This document shows positions 50,163-57,984 of a stretch of 64,000 nucleotides of DNA, piece after piece. The DNA is from Thermoanaerobaculia bacterium (GTDB lineage: Bacteria > Acidobacteriota > Thermoanaerobaculia > UBA5066): contig CAVRAY010000001.1 in assembly GCA_963719225.1 (NCBI GenBank), forward strand, positions 64,001 through 128,000, read 5' to 3'. The position numbers and the translations under genes are program-made. The first letter of the stretch is position 1; every line of letters begins with the position of its first letter. The notes below the pieces were generated by a model. The model worked only from the letters and a program-made list of their open reading frames with translations, was not told the DNA's origin and ran no database searches.

Positions 50163-51905
50163 TCATCGCGTCTGCGTTGTGAGCGCCTCGGCGCGCGCGC
50201 GGAGGGCGTTCAGACGCGCGACCTCGGACCCTACGCTCTCGGCTCCGGCCGCCTGCTTCGCGCGGCCGCGCTCGAGCGCGGCCGCCGCCGACCGGAGCGC
50301 GCCCGAGAGCCTCCCGCGGATCTCGGCCTCGAGCTTGCGTCGGCTCTCGCGCACGCGATCGATCAGGTCGTTCTGCACGCGGCTGGCGTTCGAGGAGAGC
50401 AGCCGTTCGAGCACCGCATAGGCATCGGTCTTCGTTGATCTTCGGACGTGGGCGATCGGTAGGAGGCGATCGAAAAGCCACGCCATCGGTGGCGGTGCCG
50501 TGACGGCCATCAGCTCGGTGAAGTAGAGGTGCGACCGCTCCCGGAGTCCCGCTTCGCTTCCGAAGGGCGGCGGCAACGCGGCTTCACCGAGCTCCCCCGA
50601 ACGAATGAACCGGGCGAGGAAGTCGTTCGCGAGAACGAGAAACCGATCGGCGAGCAGGCGATACGAGGTCTCCGCCGCGCGTTGCCCCTCTCCGAGCCAT
50701 GCGTCCAGACGGCGTCGCGCGATGCCGCGGGAAACCTCGCGTAATGCGCTACGGATCCGGCGTCCCACGTCAACGTCGCGGGCGTTCGCGTGAAGCTCCG
50801 CCACGGCCGCAGGAAGGGCCTCGGCGAGGAACCGGTCGCGCTCTTCCTGCACGCGTCGCGCGAACCGGTCGACCTCGGCCTGGAGGAGATAGCCCAGGTC
50901 CGTCATGGCCCTCTCCGCCTCGGCCAGCGACGAGCCCAGCTCCGCGAGGCGCCGCTCCGACTCCTCCACCGGTCGCAGGAGCGCCCCACGTTGCTCGTCG
51001 ACCTCCGCCACGATTCGCGTGGAGAGCCGCGCCGATTCCCGCAATTCGGCCTCGCGCACGAGCTCCGCGCCCGACTCGTGAGCGAGCCGCCCGAGTACCG
51101 CGCGAAGAGCCGGCCAGTCGCGCTCCGGACCTGTCGCACCGAGCACCTCGCTGGCGCTGACGCGAAAGAGGCGCGATATGGGCCTGGCGAGCCTTCTTGC
51201 GAGCACTCCCTCCGTGAAGCGAGCCGCCTCTTCGGTCTCCGCCTCGCTCATCCGATCGGCCTTGTTCAGGACGAAGATCAGCTCCTTCACCTGGCGGGCG
51301 ACGTCGGCGACGAGGGCGAGCTCCTCGCCCGAGATCGGCGGATCCGACCCGAGGACGACGAGAGCCGCGTCGATGTGCGGCACGAACTTCTTCGTGGCTT
51401 CCGTGTTCCCTTCGAAGACCGAGCCGAGGCCGGGCGTGTCGACGAGGCACATCCCCGAGGACAGGAGAGGGCTCGGCTCGAAGACTTCCGCGGCCACGAC
51501 GCCCATGGCGTTCTCGGGGTTGTGCTGCTCGGAGACGTAGGCGACAAGGTCGCTCGCCTCGATCTCCTGCGAGCGGCCGTCCACGAATCGGATCCGGACG
51601 GCCTCTCGCACTCCGTGGCGCACGACCGTGACGACGGACGTGATCGGCGTGACCCCCGCGGGGAGCACCGGCCGCCCGAGGAGCGCGTTGACGAGCGTCG
51701 ACTTGCCTCGCTTGAACTGGCCGACGAAGGCGACGTTGAAGAGCCCCTCGGAGACCCGTTCGGCCGCCTGCCGAGCCTCGCGCGCGACGTCGTCGGCCTC
51801 CAGCTCGTCGGCCAAGCCGGCAAGCGCGGCGAGCGGCGACGCCTCGGACAAATCGGAACCGTCCCGGCCGGGTCGCGCTTCGCTGTGCAGGGGCTCGGTG
51901 TCCAA
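50163..51905 (-). CDS. Bacterial dynamin-like GTPase
   Basis: G1 GQFKRGKS, G2 VTPIT, G3 DTPG, G4 NKAD, helical C-terminus; AGGAGG SD before TTG. Confidence 0.88.
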   Translation of the reverse strand: MDTEPLHSEARPGRDGSDLSEASPLAALAGLADELEADDVAREARQAAERVSEGLFNVAFVGQFKRGKSTLVNALLGRPVLPAGVTPITSVVTVVRHGVREAVRIRFVDGRSQEIEASDLVAYVSEQHNPENAMGVVAAEVFEPSPLLSSGMCLVDTPGLGSVFEGNTEATKKFVPHIDAALVVLGSDPPISGEELALVADVARQVKELIFVLNKADRMSEAETEEAARFTEGVLARRLARPISRLFRVSASEVLGATGPERDWPALRAVLGRLAHESGAELVREAELRESARLSTRIVAEVDEQRGALLRPVEESERRLAELGSSLAEAERAMTDLGYLLQAEVDRFARRVQEERDRFLAEALPAAVAELHANARDVDVGRRIRSALREVSRGIARRRLDAWLGEGQRAAETSYRLLADRFLVLANDFLARFIRSGELGEAALPPPFGSEAGLRERSHLYFTELMAVTAPPPMAWLFDRLLPIAHVRRSTKTDAYAVLERLLSSNASRVQNDLIDRVRESRRKLEAEIRGRLSGALRSAAAALERGRAKQAAGAESVGSEVARLNALRARAEALTTQTR

Positions 51906-51925
51906 CGGAGACCTCCTACCTTACT

Positions 51926-51974
51926 GGTAGGAGTCATCAGCCCCGGAGGGCAGTTCCGGCGGACTCCATCGCCC
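51926..51974 (-). ncRNA. Fluoride (crcB-motif) riboswitch
   Basis: GGCGATGGAGTCCGCC-GGAACT-GCCCTCCGGGGC-TGATGACTCCTAC: P1, P2 and GGAGTC/GACTCC pseudoknot match the fluoride aptamer consensus. Confidence 0.92.
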
Positions 51975-51984
51975 TACTGGGCTT

Positions 51985-51993
51985 AGGTTAGCA
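51985..51993 (-). promoter_or_regulatory. Extended -10 promoter for riboswitch operon
   Basis: TGcTAACCT ~10 nt upstream of aptamer 5' end. Confidence 0.5.
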
Positions 51994-52122
51994 CCGGGCG
52001 TGCGGGTTATTCCGCCGACTCCGTCGGGAGGCGAGCAGGATCAAAGCCCTTCCGAGGGGGACAAGGGAGATCAGACCTTAACGCCGACCTTAATTTCGCA
52101 ATTCTGACGACCCAGAAACAAG

Positions 52123-52154
52123 AAGGGCGCCGGTCGTAACTGACTGGCGCCCTT
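52123..52154 (-). terminator. Terminator after tRNA-fMet
   Basis: Plus strand AAGGGCGCCGGTC-GTAACT-GACTGGCGCCCTT hairpin, followed by a T-rich tract on minus strand. Confidence 0.7.
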
Positions 52155-52164
52155 TGAGTTGTTA

Positions 52165-52241
<77 letters not shown>

Positions 52242-52321
52242 ACAGGAAGGGGGACCATAGCGGGACGGTCCCCTCGAGTCAAGCCGGCACGCTCGCTGTA
52301 ACCTCCGGCGGCGGAGGCACC

Positions 52322-52783
52322 ATGGCTCTCTTCTCGTCCACGTCCCTGACGCCCGGCATGGCCGCGCCCGATTTCACACTCCCCGACCAGCACGGAAAGG
52401 AGGTGTGCCTCGCGGACTTTCGCGGGAAACGCGTCGTCCTCTACTTCTTTCCGAAGGCCGACACCACGGGTTGAACGATCGAGGCGAAGGCCTTCCGGGA
52501 CGAAGGCCCGAAGTTCCCGAAGGACGTGGCGGTCGTGGGCGTGTCGAAGGATTCCGTCGAGGCGCAGGAGAGCTTCGCGAAGAAGAACGCGCTGAAGTTC
52601 CCGCTTCTCGCGGATTCCAAGGGTGAGGTGATCCGCCGCTACGGCGTGGACCTCGCCTTCGGCATCGCGAAGAGGAAGACGTTCCTCATCGACTCGAAAG
52701 GAAAGATCGCGAAGATCTACGAATCGGTCTCGCCGAAGACTCACGCGGCCGAGGTGGCCGAGGCGCTGAAGGACGTCGGCTGA
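52322..52783 (+). CDS. bcp: BCP/PrxQ peroxiredoxin, probable selenoprotein (in-frame UGA 52472-52474)
   Basis: APDFTLPDQ..VVLYFFPKADTTG-UGA-TIEA..VVGVSKD..FPLLAD..RKTFLID continuous in one frame. Confidence 0.85.
52489..52508 (+). promoter_or_regulatory. Putative bacterial SECIS element
   Basis: GGCCTTC-CGGGAC-GAAGGCC hairpin; loop begins 21 nt after UGA with G at loop position 2. Confidence 0.65.
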
Positions 52784-52812
52784 AGGGGCGCCTTCCCCCG
52801 GTTGAGCGTTTC

Positions 52813-52828
52813 TGGCACGTCCCATGCT
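52813..52828 (+). promoter_or_regulatory. sigma54 promoter
   Basis: TGGCACGTCCCATGCT (GG-N10-GC) upstream of BON gene. Confidence 0.65.
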
Positions 52829-52886
52829 CCTTCGTTCGACGGGTCGGCAGGCCGAGGGCCTGCAAGTGATCTCGAGGAGGAAAAGC

Positions 52887-53456
52887 ATGAAATACGTTCT
52901 GAGGTGTGTACGATTTGCGGTTCTGGCGGCCGTCGTGACCGCGCTTCCGGCTTTCGTGGCGCTGGGCGACGAGACGAGCTCCGACGGTGCGCTGAAGCAC
53001 GCGTTGACGCACGTGAAAATCCGCGCCGCTCTGGTCGAGAAGCTGGGTGGCGACGGCCTTCACATCGACATCGACCTCGCCGGGAGCAAGGCGACTCTTC
53101 GCGGCGAAGTGGAGAAGAAATCGAGTCGGGATCTCGCGAAGGAAGTCGCTCTGTCGGTTTCGGGCGTCACGGAAGTCGATAGCCAGCTCCGGGTGAACCC
53201 GGGGCACCGGAGGAGCACTGGCAAGGCCGTCGAGGCAGATATCAAGGACACGGCGCTGGAGATCAAGGTGAAGCACGAGCTCCTCACCGAGATCGGCAAG
53301 AACGCGCTGAAAATCGAGGTGGAGGCGAGCGATGGCGTCGTGAGCCTTCGGGGGACCGTGCCGAGCTCCGAGGTCGAGAAGCTCGCGGTGCAGAAGGCCG
53401 AGCATGCGGGCGGCGTGAAGAAGGTCATCAACCTACTCAAGAAGAGTTCGGGATAG
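52887..53456 (+). CDS. Dual BON domain (OsmY-like) periplasmic protein
   Basis: Signal peptide; ATLRGEV..VSGVTEVDSQL; GVVSLRGTV..GVKKVINLL. Confidence 0.88.
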   Translation: MKYVLRCVRFAVLAAVVTALPAFVALGDETSSDGALKHALTHVKIRAALVEKLGGDGLHIDIDLAGSKATLRGEVEKKSSRDLAKEVALSVSGVTEVDSQLRVNPGHRRSTGKAVEADIKDTALEIKVKHELLTEIGKNALKIEVEASDGVVSLRGTVPSSEVEKLAVQKAEHAGGVKKVINLLKKSSG

Positions 53457-53478
53457 AGAAAGTCCTTCGCCAGAGAGC

Positions 53479-53895
53479 TCAGCCCACGATACGGAAGCCC
53501 GCTGCGGCGAAGTGAGAATCAAACGTGAAGGCGACGCGGATTCGCGCCTTCGACATGAGCACGAAACTCGTCGCGTCCACGGCCGATAACTTGTGAAGAT
53601 CTCGTCTCTGGAAATAGCGGAAGGCTCTCGTTAGGTCTTCTTCTAAGCACTCGAGAACTCTGAGACGTGGCATCTCGCCCACCGCGTCCTTCCAGGCGAG
53701 CGCAACGTCCCGGGTGGCGTTGCGGTCGAGGAAGGTGAAAGTCTCGAGAACGACGGGTACCGACGTGTGGAGACGGGCGCCGGAGCCCTGGATCTCCTCC
53801 CACGCCTCGACGGCACGGTCGTGAAGCGGATCTCGCGAGAGCGCCAGAGCGATCCAGGCACCGGTGTCGACGAAGACGCCTTCGCCGGACCGCAT
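53479..53895 (-). CDS. vapC: VapC-type PIN domain toxin
   Basis: VFVDTGAWIAL, VVLET, LSAVDATSF, FTFDSHF. Confidence 0.88.
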   Translation of the reverse strand: MRSGEGVFVDTGAWIALALSRDPLHDRAVEAWEEIQGSGARLHTSVPVVLETFTFLDRNATRDVALAWKDAVGEMPRLRVLECLEEDLTRAFRYFQRRDLHKLSAVDATSFVLMSKARIRVAFTFDSHFAAAGFRIVG

Positions 53896-54104
53896 CAGGA
53901 CTCGTCGTAGATGGAATCGTGCTCGGTCGAGGTGCGTCGCGGAACCCCGTTCCAGATGGAGACGGGGCCGCGGGGCGCGGGACGAAGCCATGTCTGGCGG
54001 ACGGCTTCGCGAACGAGATGCGCGACGCTCTTCCGCGACCTCTTCGCGGCCCGATGCAGGGCCGAGAGCTCTTCTTTGCGAAGGTAGACCTGCGTCTTCA
54101 CCAT
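53895..54104 (-). CDS. CopG/RHH family antitoxin
   Basis: KTQVYL..SVAHLVREAV..STEHDSIY; overlaps toxin start. Confidence 0.82.
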   Translation of the reverse strand: MVKTQVYLRKEELSALHRAAKRSRKSVAHLVREAVRQTWLRPAPRGPVSIWNGVPRRTSTEHDSIYDES

Positions 54105-54108
54105 GGAG

Positions 54109-54135
54109 GTGTCATTATTCAGTAGAGAGTGACAC
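54109..54135. promoter_or_regulatory. Putative RHH antitoxin operator
   Basis: IR GTGTCA-N15-TGACAC immediately upstream of antitoxin ATG. Confidence 0.5.
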
Positions 54136-54229
54136 ATATCAAGCGAGCCGCCCGAAGTTCGGTGGGGCAGGCTGCTCCGACGTTCGTCCGAAATCTTCGC
54201 GATTTCCGATCGTCAAGGAAGAGACGAAC

Positions 54230-54430
54230 GACTCGAGCGGAGGTTGCTTCCGCTCGCTGCATCGGGGCAACGTGGTCGGGGAGACGACCGCGGGCTCGAC
54301 CGGCCAGCCGCTTCTCGTGCCGCTTCCAGGCGGAGGCTCGGTGAGAATCTGCTCCGAGCGGGACACTCTTGGTGACGGAACGGAATGGGTCGGGAAAGGT
54401 CTCGTTCCCGACGTCGAGGTCCATCCGCTG
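54230..54430 (+). pseudogene. S41 peptidase C-terminal remnant
   Basis: VVGETTAGSTGQP..LPGGG..GKGLVPDVEV without the N-terminal part. Confidence 0.65.
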
Positions 54431-54492
54431 GCCGAGACGTGCGCACGTCGCGCGACCGGGTCCTCGAGAGGGTGCGCGAGGTCCTCACATCC

Positions 54493-54536
54493 CGACAATA
54501 ATGTTTCCTCCATCTCAAAAGTCTACCTTTTTGTAG
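54493..54536. promoter_or_regulatory. Paired ACA-N4-TGT sites (putative enhancer) upstream of amtB
   Basis: CGACAATAATGTTT and CTACCTTTTTGTAG, 30 bp apart. Confidence 0.55.
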
Positions 54537-54625
54537 CTCAGGAGACCGGCCATGCTGCTCGGTCGGCGAACGTCTAGCCCCGCGCCTGGAACCACTTCCG
54601 CTCCTGCCGGGGGAAAAGCACGCGG

Positions 54626-54641
54626 CGGCACGCACCGTGCG
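54626..54641 (+). promoter_or_regulatory. sigma54 promoter of amtB
   Basis: CGGCACGCACCGTGCG (GG-N10-GC), followed by GGAGG SD and ATG 54669. Confidence 0.65.
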
Positions 54642-54668
54642 AAAGGCGGCCCAACGGAGGGTGACTGT

Positions 54669-56264
54669 ATGACGAAAAAGAGGCTGATCTATTTTCTCGC
54701 TCTGTCGGGACTCGTCCTCGTGTCGTGGGCGGTTCTCGCGGATGCGACCGGCGACAAGACGGGCGGAATCGCGAACGTCCCCGCTCAGGTCCCTGGCAAG
54801 CCGACGCTCGAAGAGATCGGTGCGGCCGTCGGCCAGACGCGCGTTTCTCTGAATTTCGTCTGGACGCTCGTCGCCGGCTTCCTCGTCATGTTCATGCAGG
54901 CGGGCTTCGCGCTCGCGGAGACCGGCTTCACACGGGCGCGGAACGCTGCCCACACGATGATGATGAACTTCATGGTCTACGCCCTCGGGATCCTGGGGTT
55001 CTGGGTGTGCGGGTTCGCGCTGCAGATGGGCGGATCCGGAGCGCCGATGGGAGCCGCCCTGAGCGTTCCGGAGACGATGACGAAGCTCATCGGGCCATCC
55101 ATCGGCGGAAACGTGTGGGGACTCTTCGGCGGCACGGGGTTCTTCCTCTCGGGCGTGTCCTACGACGTCTCCGCGTTCGCCATCTTTCTCTTCCAGATGG
55201 TCTTCATGGACACCGCGCTGACGATCCCGACCGGCTCGATGGCCGAGCGGTGGAAGCTCTCGTCCTTCGTCGTCTACGGGATCGTCGTGTCGGCCGTGGT
55301 CTACCCCCTCTTCGCCTGCTGGGCCTGGGGCGGCGGCTGGCTGTCCACGCTCGGAAAGTACGTGGGCCTGGGGCACGGGTACGTCGACTTCGCGGGGTCC
55401 GGCGTCGTGCATTTGACCGGCGGCGTGATGGCGCTGGTCGGCGCGGTCGTCCTCGGTCCGCGCATCGGCAAGTACGTGAAAGGAGAGGCGCAGGCGATTC
55501 CGGGCCACAACCTCCCGATGGCCGTCCTCGGATGCTTCATCCTGGCCTTCGGCTGGTTCGGCTTCAACGCGGGCTCGACGCTCGCGGGGACCGACCTGAG
55601 AATCTCCATCGTCGCGGTGAACACGATGCTCGCCTCGGCGTCGGGGGCGCTCGTCGCGTTTCTCTACACGTGGAGGAAGTTCGGCCGGCCCGACCTTTCG
55701 ATGGCCGTCAACGGCATGCTCGCGGGCCTCGTGGCGATCACGGCACCCTGCGCCTTCGTGAACGCGCCAATTGCGGTTCTCATCGGCGCGGTGTCCGGCG
55801 TCCTCGTGGTCGCGGCCGCGCTCTTCATCGAGAACAGGTTGAAGATCGACGACCCGGTGGGCGCGATCGCCGTCCACGGAGTCAACGGCGCGTGGGGCCT
55901 CGTCGCGCTGGGCCTCTTCGCGGACGGGACCTACGGCGGCGGCCTGAACGGCGGCCCGGCGGCCGGCGTCGCGGGCCTTTTCTACGGAGATCCGAAACAG
56001 CTCGTGGCGCAGGTCGTCGGAATCGGCGCGAACCTTCTCTGGGTGGGTGGCTCGAGCTTCGCCCTCTTCAAGATCCTCGACCTGACGCTCGGCATGCGCG
56101 TGAGGCCGGAGCAGGAGATGCAGGGCCTGGACTTCAACGAAGTTTCGGCGCCCGCTTATCCCGGCGAAGGCTCGCCCGTCCATTTCCCCGTCTTCGCGAG
56201 CGTGCCCGCGAAGGTCACGTCTCCGCTGCTCGTGGCGCAGACCTCGCCGGCCGGCGGCAAGTGA
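54669..56264 (+). CDS. amtB: Ammonium transporter
   Basis: FMQAGF, AER, DFAGSGVVH, GWFGFNAGS, NGMLAGLVAITA, DDPVGAIAVHG. Confidence 0.96.
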   Translation: MTKKRLIYFLALSGLVLVSWAVLADATGDKTGGIANVPAQVPGKPTLEEIGAAVGQTRVSLNFVWTLVAGFLVMFMQAGFALAETGFTRARNAAHTMMMNFMVYALGILGFWVCGFALQMGGSGAPMGAALSVPETMTKLIGPSIGGNVWGLFGGTGFFLSGVSYDVSAFAIFLFQMVFMDTALTIPTGSMAERWKLSSFVVYGIVVSAVVYPLFACWAWGGGWLSTLGKYVGLGHGYVDFAGSGVVHLTGGVMALVGAVVLGPRIGKYVKGEAQAIPGHNLPMAVLGCFILAFGWFGFNAGSTLAGTDLRISIVAVNTMLASASGALVAFLYTWRKFGRPDLSMAVNGMLAGLVAITAPCAFVNAPIAVLIGAVSGVLVVAAALFIENRLKIDDPVGAIAVHGVNGAWGLVALGLFADGTYGGGLNGGPAAGVAGLFYGDPKQLVAQVVGIGANLLWVGGSSFALFKILDLTLGMRVRPEQEMQGLDFNEVSAPAYPGEGSPVHFPVFASVPAKVTSPLLVAQTSPAGGK

Positions 56265-56279
56265 GAGGAGCGACGATCC

Positions 56280-56645
56280 ATGAAAATGATCACCGCGATC
56301 ATCCGCCCGGAAAAGCTGGACGACGTGAAGGCCGCCCTCTTTGCGGCCGAGGTCGAGGGACTCACGATCACGCGGGTCTCGGGCCACGGAGGAGAGAAGA
56401 CGGTCCTCGAGAGCTACCGCGGGCACCCGCTCGTCTACGAGTTCCACGACAAGGTCCGGCTCGACATCGGCGTCTCGGAGCCGTTCGTCGACGTGACCAT
56501 CGAGGCGATCGTCAACGCGGGCAAGACCGGCCAGGTCGGTGACGGAAAAATCTTCGTCATGCCCGTCGAGAGGGTCGTGAGGATCAGGACGGGCGAGCTG
56601 GACCGGGACGCGGTCACGCCCGTCCAGATGCTCCAGAAGAAGTAG
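56280..56645 (+). CDS. glnK: P-II family nitrogen regulator
   Basis: AIIRPEKL, YRG, TGQVGDGKIF, RIRTGE; adjacent to amtB. Confidence 0.93.
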   Translation: MKMITAIIRPEKLDDVKAALFAAEVEGLTITRVSGHGGEKTVLESYRGHPLVYEFHDKVRLDIGVSEPFVDVTIEAIVNAGKTGQVGDGKIFVMPVERVVRIRTGELDRDAVTPVQMLQKK

Positions 56646-56723
56646 CCGCGCCCACTCGAATATACGAGAAACGAGGCAGGGCTTCTCCTCGCGAGGAGCC
56701 CTCCGTGAAAGGAGTTCCCTTCG

Positions 56724-57899
56724 ATGACCCGACTTCGCCGGGCCCGCCCTCTGTGTTGCTTCCGCCTCGACACGCTCGCGTTCGCCGTGACGGCGGCGCT
56801 CCTGGCCGCGCGACCGGCGCCCGGCCAGCCGGCCGCAACACCGGCACCCTCGTCCGCCCCTGCGCCGTCCGCCATCAAGCCCTGGTACGAGGAGATCGCC
56901 GTCAACGGCCTCGTCTCCGCGAGCTACTCCTACAACTTCAATCGTCCGGACTCCGGGACGAACCAGCTTCGGGTCTTCGACTTCGACGACAACACGTTCA
57001 AGGTCGATGTCGCCGAGATCGTCCTCCAGAAAGCCGTCGGGAAACCGGGCGAGGCGGGGTTTCGCGTCGACCTGGCGGCCGGCTCGTCGATCCCGCGCGT
57101 CTCGTCCTCGTTCGGCCTCCTTCAGGGGCAGGACGTCGACCTCCAGCAGGCGTTCGTGAGCTGGATCGCGCCGCTCGGAAGCGGCCTCCGACTCGACGCG
57201 GGTAAATTCGTCACGCACCTCGGGTACGAGGTGATCGAGGGATACGACGGCGCCAACGACAACGCGAGCCGCTCTTTTCTCTTCGGCTTCGCGATCCCGT
57301 TCGCACACACCGGTCTGAAGGCGTCCTATACGTTCAGCGACCAGCTCGCCGGAATGTTCGAGATCTGCAACGGCTGGGACGTCGCGCGGGACAACAACAC
57401 CTCGAAGAGCGTCGGCCTGCAGCTCACCTGGACGCCGACGAAGGCCGTGACGATCTACGGAAACTTCATGACGGGTCCCGAACGGGCGAACGTCAACTCC
57501 GATCCCCGGAGCATCTTCAACGTCGTGGCTCAATGGAAGATCACCGACCTGACCGTCTTCGCGCTCGACGCCGTCTATGGCAGCGAGAAAAAGGCGGTGA
57601 CGCCGGGCGAGACCGCGTCGTGGTCCGGAATCGCCGGTTACGCGCGTCTCGGCGTCAGCGGCGTCTTTGCGGTCTGCCTCAGGGCCGAGTTCTTCAACGA
57701 CGCGGACGGAGCGCGGACGGGCACGCCGCAGAAGGTCAAGGAAATCACCGTCACCCCCGAGTTCAAGGTGTCGTCCCACCTGACCTTCCGGGGAGATCTG
57801 CGCGTCGACTGGTCCGACGCCGACGTTTTCGGAAAGACCGACGGCGCCTTCAAGGGCAGCCAGCCGACGGTCCTCCTGAACGGCATCTACGCGTTCTAA
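56724..57899 (+). CDS. Outer-membrane beta-barrel porin
   Basis: Signal peptide, YSYNFNRP, GKFVTHLGYE, PFAHTG, NGWD, terminal YAF. Confidence 0.8.
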   Translation: MTRLRRARPLCCFRLDTLAFAVTAALLAARPAPGQPAATPAPSSAPAPSAIKPWYEEIAVNGLVSASYSYNFNRPDSGTNQLRVFDFDDNTFKVDVAEIVLQKAVGKPGEAGFRVDLAAGSSIPRVSSSFGLLQGQDVDLQQAFVSWIAPLGSGLRLDAGKFVTHLGYEVIEGYDGANDNASRSFLFGFAIPFAHTGLKASYTFSDQLAGMFEICNGWDVARDNNTSKSVGLQLTWTPTKAVTIYGNFMTGPERANVNSDPRSIFNVVAQWKITDLTVFALDAVYGSEKKAVTPGETASWSGIAGYARLGVSGVFAVCLRAEFFNDADGARTGTPQKVKEITVTPEFKVSSHLTFRGDLRVDWSDADVFGKTDGAFKGSQPTVLLNGIYAF

Positions 57900-57929
57900 T
57901 GGGACGGAGAAGTCCGCTTCAGACGAGCT

Positions 57930-57974
57930 CGACATTTTTGTTTAAAGGAGCCTTCGGTTCCGACATTCCTGTAG
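57930..57974. promoter_or_regulatory. Second pair of ACA-N4-TGT sites upstream of regulator gene
   Basis: CGACATTTTTGTTT and CGACATTCCTGTAG, 31 bp apart. Confidence 0.55.
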
Positions 57975-57984
57975 GATCCCCGGA

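Noticed and set aside
52283-52300. sigma54-like CGGCACGCTCGCTGTA before bcp
   Set aside because: The -12 element is GT, not GC
52472-52474. bcp as a nonsense pseudogene
   Set aside because: The stop falls exactly on the catalytic Cys codon, is TGA, has a SECIS-like hairpin, and both halves are intact; Sec is more parsimonious, pending sel genes
54587-54602. Alternative sigma54 box TGGAACCACTTCCGCT
   Set aside because: Has GG-N10-GC but a poorer consensus than 54626-54641
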